Shown here in pieces: positions 1 to 13,400 of a stretch of 64,000 bases of DNA (position 1 is the first letter of the stretch; each line of letters starts with the position of its first letter). The notes under the pieces were generated by a model. It made no database searches. It saw only the letters and a program-made list of their open reading frames with translations, and was not told where the DNA came from. Origin of the DNA: Octopus sinensis (Eukaryota); the NCBI RefSeq assembly GCF_006345805.1, contig NW_021833714.1, forward strand, positions 5,381 through 69,380, in the 5' to 3' direction. The position numbers and the translations under genes are program-made.

Positions 1-36
1 TATCTACCTATCTATCTATCTATCTATCTATCATCC

Positions 37-69
<33 letters not shown>

Positions 70-128
70 CCTATGTATCTGTCACCCTATCTATCTATCT
101 ATCTATCTATGTGTGTGTGTGTGTCTGA

Positions 129-191
<63 letters not shown>

Positions 192-245
192 CTGTCTGTC
201 TGTCTGTCAGTCTGTCTATCTATCTATCAATCTATATTATCTAAT

Positions 246-329
<84 letters not shown>

Positions 330-330
330 C
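1..330. repeat. (TATC)n followed by (GATA)n microsatellite in inverted orientation
   Basis: TATC/TGTC arrays at 1-240 switch to GATA arrays at 247-330; the centre TATCTAATTAGATA (238-251) is a perfect palindrome. Confidence 0.9.
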
Positions 331-1003
331 TGATGGCAGTTTTCAATCTTGATTAAAAATACTCGTCGAAAGGAGAAGGGTTCGGTTTGGTGGGATCAAT
401 CTTCAGGGGAAGAAGGTCAAAATAACTCCAATGCAAATAGAAGTTAGAAATAGTTTAATAATCTAAATATAGGTGACAGCGTCCGTTCATGGACGATGAA
501 AACGAACGAGTAATTTAAATTCCAGTTGTCTTAACTCTCTCTCTCTCTCCCTCGTTTTCTCTCTGATGCACATACTATCTCTCACTCTCTCTCTCTCTCA
601 CTATTCCTCTTTCACACTTTCTCTCGCATTTTGCCTTTTATGCATGCCTCTGAATTATTCCAATTTGGACTTTAAAAGAAAGCTATTTTAGTCAACATCC
701 TGCATGTAGTGTATAAAATTTGCATACATTATGCAAATCTTAAATCTTTTGGGAAATCAATAATATAGAGACGGAAATTTTCTCTTGGTTTTGATATTCA
801 TTATATCTTTCTATCGGTGCAATTGGACAGTTTCCGGTTATTTATGCAGTGTTGCAGTTATGCAATCGCCATTGCATTGTGCTGTACTGCTTGAGTAACT
901 GTAAAGTGCAAAGCTTCATCCTCGCCACAAGCAGCAACAAACCTTTACCAATTCCCTATCCAAACAACCATTATACTTCCTCTTTTATAAATACACATTA
1001 TAT

Positions 1004-1047
<44 letters not shown>

Positions 1048-1301
1048 GCGAGTATATGTACATGTAGAGGTAGGTACGTACATATATGTTTATATATATG
1101 CATATGTTTTATTTCATTTATTAATATATATATATATATATACACATACATACATACATGCATATATATGTGTGTATATATATATATATATAGTTCTTCT
1201 GTCATGGAGAACGGCATGACGCTAAAGAAATATTTTCGTTTTTGCTAAAGGACTTGCCCAAGATACACTCATTATTGGTATATGTATATAATGTATGTAT
1301 G

Positions 1302-1348
<47 letters not shown>

Positions 1349-1441
1349 ATATATATATAATATATATATATATGATAATATATTATATATATATCATACC
1401 TACATACATACACATATATCTATATACATATATAGTAATTC

Positions 1442-1472
<31 letters not shown>

Positions 1473-2193
1473 TATACGTATATACACATATGTGCATTCA
1501 TACGTATATACATTTATGTATATATATATATATGTGTGTGTATGTATACACGCACATATATAATATACATAAATAGTTTAGCGTTATGGAAATACACTAA
1601 TGTAATATTGCGGCATTTGCTAAAAGGCCTGCCAAGAATGTTTGTGTGTGTGTGTGTGTGCGTGTGTGTGTGCGTGTGCGTGTGTGCAGGTATGCGTATA
1701 TGTATATACAATAAGCTATAGTGTAAATATTGATTACATCTCAATTCCGGCATTGTTGTTGCTTTTATGGTTCTTCTTCTTCTTCTTCTTCTTCTTCTTC
1801 TTCTTCTTCTTCTTCTTCTTCTTCTTCTTCTTCCTCCTCCTCCTCCTCCTCCTCCGCAATACTACTGACATCGCCATGGACGTCGTAGATAATGCGCATC
1901 CCGGATCTGCTTTCATCTAATAGATCAATGGCGGGTTTTAACCATAGAGTCGGCCGAATGTTAGGGGTTCCTGCTTAGCGGTTAGGGTATTCCGGCTCAT
2001 GACCGCAAGTTGCGTGAGTTCAATTCCATGAGCAAGACACTTAATTTCACGTTGCTCCAATCCACCCAGCAACAAACAATGAGCAGTGGCACAAACACTC
2101 ACGCTCACACACACTCTCTGGGCGGGCCTGTTTCTCTTTGCGTTTGAGGGGAGAGAATATATTTATGCCAATCGTGTGCAATTAATATGGTGT

Positions 2194-2227
<34 letters not shown>

Positions 2228-2853
2228 TCTATCTACCTGTATACTTCTGCGCGTGCGCAATGGTATGAGTTTGCCTGCAGCCCCGAAATTACCGTCGTCA
2301 AAACAGACTAAATGTCCAGTCAGCCAGTCAGATCTTCCAATGGATGTTATAGTTGACCCCTTTTTTCTTTTAAGGACCATATATTTATTCCATCGATCTC
2401 TTTTGCTGAGGTCGTAAACAAACTAACAGCTGTGGTCAAACTGTGGACGAGGGGTAGCAAACAGAGACACAATGGCATACTATAAACATATATATTTATG
2501 TATATGTAAAAAGGGATTCCTTACAGTTTCCGTCTACTCACAATGCATTAGTTCGTAAGCTATGGTAAAAGACTATAGTCAGTTAGTCTAGTTAGTTAGA
2601 CTATCGTAGAAGAGTATAGTCAGTTCGGAAGCTATAGTAGAAGACACTTGTCCCCGGTGCGCGCGCAGTGGTTGGAGCTGAACCCGAGACGTAGTGGTTG
2701 CAAAGCTATTTTCTTAACCACACAGAGAGACATGCCTTTAAAATGAAAAAAATAAAAAGCAATAACGGGCCGGTCACATCTTGAATCTAGTTACTATTAG
2801 AATTTTGATCGTAAAGAATGAACCTGTATTTAAACAGACAATCGACAACTTCA

Positions 2854-2888
<35 letters not shown>

Positions 2889-3316
2889 CACTGTTGTAAC
2901 AGCTTGTCCCCTTGACATGGTCGGAATGTATGCAGAAATCTTGATGTTTGTATGGCAACAGCTGTTCATATTGGATTCATATGACGTCCTGCCGTGTTTC
3001 AGTGTATATCAGAAATGAACAAAGATTTTTTTTTTATTGCTGCCTTTCTTTCTCTCTCTTTCTCACTCTCTTTCTTCCTGTATATACATATTTGTCAGGT
3101 GGTGCATGGGTGATGGTGTACGTGTGTCTGTGTGTTTGTGTGTGTGAGTGTGCTTACAGATACACACGCGTATACACATACATAACACACACACACAGAC
3201 AGACGTAGAATGTATCAATCGAAAACGAAGTCTTTTAAGCGGTGACAAAAGAAAACCTGGATTTCATATAAAGAGCCAAACTCAACTTCGCGTGTACGCT
3301 GTATATTCATTGCTTT

Positions 3317-3550
3317 CAAGGCGGCGAGCTGGCAGAAACGTTAGCACGTCGAGCGAAATGCTTAGCGGTATTTCGTCTGCGTTACGTCGTGAGTTCAAAT
3401 TCCGCCAAGGTCGACTTTGCCTTTCATCCTTTCGGGGGTCGATAAATAAAGTACCAGTTTCGCACTGGGGTCAATGTAATTGACTTACTCCCTTTGTCTG
3501 TCCTTGTTTGTCCCCTCTATGTTTAGCCCCTTGTGAGCAGCAAAGATATA
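3317..3550 (+). mobile_element. tRNA-derived SINE, family A, full length with 15-bp TSD
   Basis: Head GGCGGCGAGCTGGCAGAAACGTTAGCAC, B-box-like GAGTTCAAATTCC, core GTCGACTTTGCCTTTCATCCTTTCGGGG; TATATTCATTGCTTT at 3302-3316 and 3551-3565. Confidence 0.9.
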
Positions 3551-3827
3551 TATATTCATTGCTTTATCCGATTTAGAATTTGAAACCAAATACATACAAA
3601 CACGGTCGTAGCCTAAAGGGCGGAAGTATGAAGCAATAAAAACTGAGAGTTCTGTAATTTCTTGCTAAACCACCACACGAATGCTTTGTTTATAGTGATC
3701 AAATGCTTGTGTTTGCATACGTTCACTCCCCCTCCATCAAACCGACACACATACACACACTCACTCACACACACACAAACACACACACACCACACACACA
3801 CATGTATATATATATATATATATATAT

Positions 3828-4144
3828 AAAGGAAATGAAGAAAATGCTGACAAAATAATTTAAGTAAGGGAGAGTGTATTTAATTAGGTGAAAGTTCTTT
3901 TTACCGGTTGCGCATTTGTTATGCTTATCAAAAGATATTTTTTAAAGAGAGATAGAGTTACTTTCTGATAGATTTTTTTCTCTCGGATAAGAAAAAAAAT
4001 CTATCAGAAAGGAACTCTATCTCTCTTTAAAAAATATCTTTTGATAAGCATAACAAATGCGCAACCGGTAAAAAGAACTTTCACCTAATTAAATACACTC
4101 TCCCTTACTTAAATTATTTTGTCAGCATTTTCTTCATTTCCTTT
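3828..4144. mobile_element. Near-perfect ~315-bp palindromic (fold-back) element next to (TA)n
   Basis: 3828-3981 is the reverse complement of 3990-4144 with about one substitution and one homopolymer indel; 8-nt loop 3982-3989. Confidence 0.9.
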
Positions 4145-4184
4145 TTTATATATCACAACTCGTGTTCCACATCTTTTTTAAATA

Positions 4185-4254
<70 letters not shown>

Positions 4255-4736
4255 TATATAATATACATTTACATCTAATATAGGATAAGATTTTTCGAAA
4301 AAACTTTTATCAATGGCCAGCATATTAAAACATACCTTTAAAGGTTAAATTTATAAACTACTTATAAACAAGGGCAAAAGAAAAAATTTCTAATGCCAAA
4401 TATGCCGAAAATTGGACATATTGTCCATAACCATATAATTTATCACAATAAGCACGTTACTCGAAGAAAGCCGACAGAAATTTCTAAAAAATTTCGTTAT
4501 TACCATATCAGACCCGATTTCAGAGTTTTGAAAAAAATTTTATAAATAGCCAGCATATTAAAAAATACCTTTAAAGGTTAAATTTATAAACTACTTATAA
4601 ACAAGGGCAAAAAAAAAAAAATTTCTAATGCCAAATATGCCGAAAATTGGACATATTGTCCATAACCATATAATTTATCACAATAAGCACGTTACTCGAA
4701 GAAAGCCGACAGAAATTTCTAAAAAATTCCGTTATT

Positions 4737-4802
4737 ACCATATCAGACCCGATTTCAGAGTTAGTTCATAAGAACCTTCCCTTCGTCAGTGATAAATGTG
4801 GC
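4737..4802 (-). ncRNA. Type I minimal hammerhead ribozyme motif
   Basis: Minus strand: stem I tatca / CTGACGA (4789-4783) / stem II aggg-aa-ggttc-ttat-gaact-aa-ctct / GAAA (4756-4753) / t-cgg-g / TC (GUC site 4748-4746) / tgata; all core positions canonical. Confidence 0.85.
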
Positions 4803-5211
4803 AAAGAAATAAATGAAATACTTACTTATACCCATGGAAGAAGCAAACACTAAGTCCTGAGCACCAATAAGTACCCCAAAAATATCCAAAATAGAAATTC
4901 ACCAGCCCATTCGAGCACGTGCGATTCGAACTGAAAGTCTCACAGAGTGAGAGAGTCCGGAAGTGAATACTATTAAATTTACATCTAATGTAGGATAAAA
5001 TTTTTTGAAAAAAATTTTATCAATGGCCAGCATATTAAAAAATACCTTTAAAGGTTAAATTTATAAACAACTTATAGACAAGGGCAAAAGAAACAATTTC
5101 TAATGCCAAATATGCTGAAACTAGACACATTGTCCAGAAACATATAATTTATCACAATAAACACGTTACTCGAAGAAAGCCGACAGAAATTTCTAAAAAA
5201 ATTCTGTTATT

Positions 5212-5277
5212 ACCATATCAGACCCGATTTCAGAGTTAGTTCATAAGAACCTTCCCTTCGTCAGTGATAAATGCGGC
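5212..5277 (-). ncRNA. Type I minimal hammerhead ribozyme motif (second copy)
   Basis: Identical core to the 4737-4802 copy: CTGACGA 5264-5258, GAAA 5231-5228, GUC 5223-5221. Confidence 0.85.
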
Positions 5278-5344
5278 AAAGAAATAAATGAAATACTTAC
5301 TTATACCCATGGAAGAAGCAAACACTAAGTCATGAGCACAATTC

Positions 5345-5387
5345 TTATGATAATAATAATGATAGCAATAACAATAATGAGAATAAC

Positions 5388-5436
<49 letters not shown>

Positions 5437-5493
5437 GGAGAGGGAGGAGCAGGAGCAAGAGAGGGAGGTTACTTAATATGATGATGGTGATGG

Positions 5494-5529
<36 letters not shown>

Positions 5530-5650
5530 GGAGGAGGAGGAGGAGGAGGAGGAGTATGACGATGCTCATGACAAAGACGACAATGGCAATAGTAATAATG
5601 TTCATCAGCGTCATCAGCGTCGTCGTCGTCGTCATCGTTGTCGTCGTCTT
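5345..5650. repeat. Compound trinucleotide microsatellites (AAT)n, (GAT)n, (GAG)n, (GTC)n
   Basis: Direct reading of the sequence. Confidence 0.9.
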
Positions 5651-5839
5651 CGTAAATGTAGCAAGATCGATAGTCGAAGCATTATTTGCAGTAATTCATT
5701 AAAAGTCAATGGTGCCACTCATCAGTGCAGTGTAGTGGTGGCGGTGGGGAGACCATTTGACAGGTTACAGAAAGCAATTAATGACAGAAGGTAATAGGAA
5801 CAGTGAAGGAATGAGAGAGTGTGGGGAGGGGGTGTGAAT

Positions 5840-6650
5840 GAGTGAGAGAGTGAGTGTGAGCTCATTGAGGGAGGAGAGAAGGGTAAGGAGTTAGTGAGTG
5901 CATGAGTGTGTGAGTGAGTGAGTGAGTGAGTGAGTAGGTGAGTGAGCGACAGAGTGAGTTCATTGAGGGAGGTGGGAGGGGTTGGGAGTGAGTGAGTGAG
6001 TGAGTGAGTTAGTGAGTGAGTGATGAGTGAGTTAATGAGTGAGGGAGTGAGTGAGTTAATGAGTGAGTGACAGAGTGACAGAGTGAGTTCATTGAGGGAT
6101 GAAGGAGGGGTTGGGAGTGAGTGAGTGAATAAGTAAGTGATTGAGTGAGTGAGTTAGTGAGTGCGTGAGTGAATGAGTGAGTGAGTGAGTGAGTGAGTGA
6201 GTGAGTGAGTGAGTGAGTTAATGAGTGTGTGAGTGAGAGAGTGACAGAGTGAATTCATTGAGGGAGGAGGGAGGGGTTGGAAGTGAGTGAGTGTGTGAAT
6301 AAGTGAGTGATTGAGGGAATGATTGAGTGAGTGAGTGAGTGAGTGAGTGAGTTCATTGAGGGAGGAGGGAGGGGTAGCGAGTGAGTGAGAGAGAGAGTGA
6401 TATTGTGAATTCATTGAGGGAGGAGGGAGGGGTAGCGAGTGAGTGAGTGTGTGAATAAGTGAGTGAATGAGTGAGTGAGTGACAGAGTGACAGAGTGAGT
6501 TCATTGAGGAAGGAGGGAGAGGTTGGGAATGAGTGAGTGTGTGAATAAGTGAGTGAATGCATGAGTGAGTGAGTGAGTGAGTGAGTGATAGTGTGAGTTC
6601 ATTGAGGGAGGAGGGATGGGGAGGGAGGGAGGGAGGGAGTGTATGTTGAA
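5840..6650. repeat. (GAGT)n-based composite minisatellite with recurring GAGTTCATTGAGGGAGGAGGGAGGGG cores
   Basis: About 8 cores separated by variable (TGAG)n tracts, spacing roughly 60-165 bp. Confidence 0.85.
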
Positions 6651-8968
6651 AGGGAGAGTGAATGAATGATAATTATTGGGAGAGAGATAGGGGCAGAAAG
6701 AGACAGGGATAAATTGAGACAGGTAGCGAGAAAGATTGAAAGAGAATGAATGGCTAACAGAGAAGATGTTCATGAAATGAAAGGAGAGAAAGAAAAATGA
6801 ATACATAATACATAAACGAAGAAAACTGGAAAACTGAAGAGAGATGAGGAGTAATTAAACATTTCAATTATCAATAATCAATGAATAATTAATTAAGAGT
6901 CAGCGTACGGTGGCGGAAATACTGTGTCGCAGAAGACGGATAGGTTTCAGTAATATTTTAAAGACGCCATCATTGCTTAAACTACTTTCAAGAATGAACG
7001 GTTATTGTAAGGCAATAATATTGTAATTTCCGTTTGTTGTTGTCTGCTTATCTTCCAATCTATCTATCTATCTGTCTGTCTGTCTGTCTGCCTGCCTGCC
7101 TGTTTGTCTATTTGTGTGTGTGTGTATACACTCACAAACATACATGCATACATACATATATACATATACGTATATGTATGTATGATGTATTAGAGTGGAA
7201 TCTATAATACTTACTCACACTAGAAATCCCAACATGCTTTTACGTGTCGTTCCAGTCGCCCTCTAAGACAAGACCTTTTTCTGGACGCTGAGAAGTTCTA
7301 GCGTTCTGGCTCTGATTACAACGACACTTAATCTGATAGCACAAGTCATACTGCTTGGTCACTACAAGGAATAGGGGTCCAATAAGATCTAGTAAACTGG
7401 TTAGAAAATGCGATTTAAGAATGCATCATGTTCAACGTACTAGCATTGAAAACAGAACTTAATAATTTCGTAGACGTGAAACATGAAGATTGCATTGTTG
7501 CAGCTAAGTCACATGCACTTATTCAAAAATAGCAAAGGCCGTTGGATGGGTCCACTGGTTGGGGTGCAACATGGCAACTGAGCAACATTTGGGTCGTTGA
7601 TTGACCCTGATAAGTGCTTGTGATATTTGATTTCAGGCGACGCTTGCTGTTTTCTAGCAGTTCAATTTCCGGCTGTGTCTGGGAAGTAGGGGACCGTAGA
7701 CAGTACATTTCAATGTCTATCTGCATCAAAGTCTTATCCCGACTCTCGCCAGGAAAGGTAAAGCGAAAATGACGGCTGAGAACTGAGGTACTGAATGGTT
7801 GTGTGAGAAGTAAATTCCTTGATTTAGATGTCGTCTACGAGCTTTATATATACAAACCTGATTTGTTCACTTCAATATTAGCAGACGTCAATCGCAACTA
7901 GCAGTAGTCTAGAAGCACCCCACCCACCCCAGCTGCTTTAGCCAGAAAATAATAACGCTGCTGCGTAACAGTACGAAAGAGATAAAGAGACAGTATCCTC
8001 GATAATTTCTGATCAATATCTGACCCTAATGAAGGAAAATTTTGAAGCCAATCTTGTGATTTGGACTCAGACTTAGCGATTCCCATTTGGTCTCTTCTCG
8101 ACAACCTCAATCTCAATCAATATATTGTATTGAGGATCGCTTATAAACCTGATTTCGAGGTGACTCTGATAAATATAGATAAATATAAAGTGTCAGTTTC
8201 GAATGCAGCTGGATCCAGTCTCGTTTTTAGAAACGGTATCGCTTCCATGTACGGCAGCATTTTATAGAATGGGAGGGAATAACCTATGACTTTCATAGGC
8301 TCTCCGAAATTGGTGTAATCGATCTGAATGGTGTAATTTTTAACAATTTTTAAGTCGACGCCTTCAGAGAAAAAAAATCAAGGTTAGGGACCGGCATGAA
8401 AGGGAAATTATTTGTGTTATTTCGCTATTTTATTTTTACGTTATGATTACTTCCCTTTATATTCAGGTTGATTTTGTCTTCTCCCTTTCAGAAATCGATA
8501 ACACAATCTATCAGATAAAGTATTGGGCTGATAACCTGATTAAAAAAGCCCTCAAGGTCAGTACTCCAGCACGGCTGCAATTTGATGACTAAATGAAATG
8601 ACAAAAATCATTAAACGGCTTTCCGTTGGTTACGACGATGAGTATTCTGCTGTCCCTTAACTTGAACCGTCTTGGCGCAGCCCTTTTGGTGTCGATGATT
8701 CGACGCTGGCTTATTTGATATCACAGGTTTTTAATATTTCTCTCATTCTCTCCCTCCCTCTCACTTTCACAGTTTCTCTCTCTTTCTCTTCCATCTCTCC
8801 CTCTCTCGCTTTCTCTTGTGGATTCGAAACAGAAGGATTCGAACCAGAGATCTCGTGATTGCGAAGGCAAATTCTTAAACATTCGGTTAGAGAGCACTCA
8901 CTCAATAACTAAAACTATTATAAGAAGACAAGAATTAAAGAATTTAAACTGTCACAACAGATCAGAAA

Positions 8969-9022
<54 letters not shown>

Positions 9023-9088
9023 GATAGATAGATAGATAGATATAGATAGATAGATTAGATAGAACGTGTAGATAGAGCTATATATATA

Positions 9089-9126
<38 letters not shown>

Positions 9127-9143
9127 TATATCATAATATATAT

Positions 9144-9174
<31 letters not shown>

Positions 9175-9357
9175 TATATTTATATATATAATATATATAA
9201 TATATACATATATATACATATATATATACACATATACATATATATGCATGCGTATAATAGTATGTATGTATATAATGTACCTATATAGATGTTGTACATA
9301 TATATATTATAATATATGCATATGTATATATATATATGTACCTATATATACGTATAC

Positions 9358-9390
<33 letters not shown>

Positions 9391-10078
9391 TATTATATAT
9401 TATATATTATATATATGTATATATGCATGTGTATGTATGATAAACATATAATTGTGAATGATATCTATATATACATATATATACGTATACATTATGGTTA
9501 TATGTATATACATATATATGGGTGTGTGTGTGTGTATATGCGTATATATAGATGAGTATATGTGTATTATGTGTGGGTATATGCGAGTGTGTTTCTCTGT
9601 GTGTGTGCGTGTGTGTGTGTGTACGTGTGTGTGTGTGTGTGTGTACGTGTGTGTATGACAAAAAAATCACAGAATTCAATAGATAACGCACATCTCTCTT
9701 CTTGTAACTCACGTGTTTAGTGAATCGAAAAACATAATGAGAAGAAAACGAAATCATTTAAAAAACAAATCTGTTAAAAACTTTACTTTGAACATTAAAA
9801 CTTGCAAAGAAATAATTATGGAAAATAGATTTTGAAACAGTCGTCTGTAGATGGCAACAAACTAGATTCCATATGATAAGGCATTTCAAAAGACAAAAGC
9901 AAAGGAAAGGTTTTTTAATAGGGAGTTGAAGCAGAGAATGAGGAGAGTTTTAAAGTAAGAAGAAAAGATAGAGTTTGCATTTGTACGTATATGTGTACTT
10001 ATGCATGTATGTATGAACGTGTATGTAATATATATAATATATTATATATATATATAATATTATTCTATAAATACATAC

Positions 10079-10124
<46 letters not shown>

Positions 10125-10428
10125 TATATAAATACATACAGATATATATATATATTATATATATATATATATAAATACATACAGACATAATATTATATAT
10201 ATATATATCTATATATATATATATAATATGTATACATCATATATGTATGTATGTATACATATGTACTCACACACCTACATGCGTACAGATACATATTTAA
10301 TACTGTGGAAACTGCATGTTACGGTGACTTTAGTCTGATGTTTTCTTGATAACAATAGCCGGTTGAACAGTGGAGAAGCGCCCGGTCTAGAGAGAGAATC
10401 ATACTGGATTATCAATTTGTTATATTAC

Positions 10429-10466
<38 letters not shown>

Positions 10467-10486
10467 ACACTTATATACATATACAT

Positions 10487-10523
<37 letters not shown>

Positions 10524-10626
10524 CATCGATACATATATATTTTCATACCCTCAATCACATATACATATAATGTATAATTCATTGTTTTGTTACTAGGAAG
10601 ACCAAAACAAATTACTCCAATCAGTG

Positions 10627-10667
<41 letters not shown>

Positions 10668-11481
10668 TGTGTGTCTGTGTGTCTGTGTGTCTGTGTCTGT
10701 GTTATTGTGTGTGTGTTTGTGTTTGTGCGTGTTTGCTTTTGTGTATGTGTGTGTGTTTGTGTGTGTGTGTGCGTGCGTGTGTGTGTGTGTATGTATGTGT
10801 GTATTTATACGTGTGTGTTTTGCGTGTGTGTGTGTGTGTGCATTCATTTCTGAATAGAGCCTGGGGTAGTAAAAAACGTTATTTTTTCTGGGTTTTTTCT
10901 ATCATTTTCTCGTCCATATGCTTTTCCTCTTCTTTCAAATAAAATACACTTTTATTTATTTGTATCACCTACTTTTATCCTAAGGTCTTTATTCAACTGT
11001 CTGTATGTGTTTATTGTTTCTCATTGGAAACAATACTCAAATACCATCTCCCTCTCTCTGCCTGTTTATTACGCTATCGCATCCTGTTTTATAAGATGTA
11101 TATATGTTTACATACGGTTATACATATACTTATGGCTTGTTCATTAGAAAGATTAACAAAAGTTGTTTGCAATCTTATTGCTGATTACATATAACTCTTA
11201 TATCTTCTATCTCTGAATATGTATTTGTTCTTACTCCCCAAATAATATTCTTTGTTTTTTCTCTGAAGTTGCTAAATATGTTTATTATATATTGTTCTCC
11301 TTTATTGTTCGTGTCTCCCATATTGTTTCCATAACCACGGCCATGGCTGTGTAGTTAAGAAGCACGAACTGGAATCACGTAGTTTCGCGTTCAGTTCTGC
11401 TGCGGAACACATTGGGCCAAACGTCTTCTACTATAGCCTCGAGCTGAAAATGCAAGACGGTAATTGTGTGGAAATTCGGTG

Positions 11482-11527
<46 letters not shown>

Positions 11528-12253
11528 TGAGTGTATTTCCTTCTCCATTCTCCTCGCTCCTTTTGTTTCATTCCCTCATCCTCTCTCTTGTTCCTCTTCT
11601 CCTCTGCCTGTTGCTCACCCGTGACTACACGTCTCTCTGTCTTTTCTGGATTCGACATCCAGCCAGATAGACGTCAATTCTTTACCTCTCGATACTTTTT
11701 CTCTTCTACTATTTCATATTCTTTCAAAATTTCTCCCAGGCGTTACCCATTACAATTGGTTTTGGCCTACCGGACCATAATGCCTGTCTTCGTTCAATGT
11801 TTTCTTCCGTATGTCCACTCTGTTGTCGTTTGCTCGCTCGAAGCCCAAAACCTCTACAAATTTTCTATTTTAAAAATTTCTGGAGGCTGCTGTCTTATGA
11901 GGTTTTCCTGTTTTGTCGTTTCAAGCATGAAACGGGGAGTAATATCACAGTCGACAACAGAGGAGGGTTTAGACTTTTTTTTGTATTTTGGTCCGTACTT
12001 ATCTCTTGTTGAAAAGTTTGCAAAACGCAACGAAGATTTTAGGAAAATAAAAATAAAAATTAAGTGGAAATTTTACCGGGGAGTGTGCTAAATAATAAGG
12101 CACAAAAAGAAAATGATTCTCCCTAGACACAACAGAATATGCTTCAGCACACGAACTCACATAAAGAATCTTGCAAACCAATCCACGAACGAAATATATA
12201 TATATATATATTTCTAATTTCATTTATATATATATATATTTCTAATTTTATTA

Positions 12254-12295
<42 letters not shown>

Positions 12296-12435
12296 ATATA
12301 TATTATATTGTGAGAAATTGATTTAATATTTCTAAATTAAATTTTTTTCGCAGTAAGTTTGGATCTATATTCCCTCAAATAATATATATATACATATATA
12401 TATATATATAATAATATATATATATATATAGAGAG

Positions 12436-12475
<40 letters not shown>

Positions 12476-12624
12476 CACATATGCATGTATTTGTATGTGT
12501 GTGTGTATGTGTGTATATATATATATATATATGCGTGTGTGTCTGTCTGTCTGCATAGACCGAGAAATATATATTTAGATAGAAACAGACAGATAAACAG
12601 ACAGACAGACAGACAGACAGAGAC

Positions 12625-12659
<35 letters not shown>

Positions 12660-13038
12660 GACTGACTGACAGAGTCGGGTAGAAACGTAGAACACGGCAC
12701 ATACATACACATTTACCAATAAAGAAACATTTCAACGAATACTTTTGTTTGTGAGTATTGAAAAGAGATGGAATAGTCGGATGTTGTCTTTGAAACACCT
12801 TAGGCTACACATTCTCTATGTTGTAATTTCATTCTATTATTATTAACATCTGAATATGTGCAAGTCGTCGTTTTATTTTTGTTCTCTTCTGTGTTCATAT
12901 TTGATGAACGCAGACGGAGCTCTTTATTTATACATACGTGTATTTTGAAAATTTGAAAATGAAGACGTGGGCATGGCTATATGGATGCCAATCTATCTCT
13001 CAATGTGAGTGTGTATCTATCCATATATACATATACAT

Positions 13039-13089
<51 letters not shown>

Positions 13090-13290
13090 CATCATATGCA
13101 TATATTCATACATTAATATATGTATGTATATATGTTGTGTGTGTATGCTTTTATACATATATATGTTATGTATGTATATCTATATATATATATGTTTATG
13201 TAATATATTATATATATCTAATATATATATATTTATGATATTAATATATATATATACAAAACCGACAGACAGATATATATGTGTATAGAC

Positions 13291-13321
<31 letters not shown>

Positions 13322-13324
13322 AGT

Positions 13325-13400
<76 letters not shown>

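Larger units (their letters stand above)
4268..5339 (-). mobile_element. Partial tandem array of a 475-nt hammerhead-containing unit (Penelope pLTR / retrozyme-like)
   Basis: One full unit 4865-5339, a truncated unit 4528-4864 and an internal piece 4268-4527; copies are highly similar; flanked by (TA)n on the left and (AAT)n on the right. Confidence 0.8.

Noticed and set aside
4978-5130. Penelope RT/endonuclease coding remnant in the tandem unit (SNVG*NFLKKI..MPNM)
   Set aside because: Similarity is only a few residues across frames with stops and lies antisense to the hammerheads; not supportable by eye
7637-7757. Possible + strand exon (ttcag| ... AAG|gtaaag)
   Set aside because: 121 nt, one frame has a stop, the peptide is unrecognisable and the donor is weak; unsupported without RNA data
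11531-12091. 186-aa ORF
   Set aside because: Low-complexity F/S/L-rich composition, no recognisable motif, and it runs into a repeat fragment
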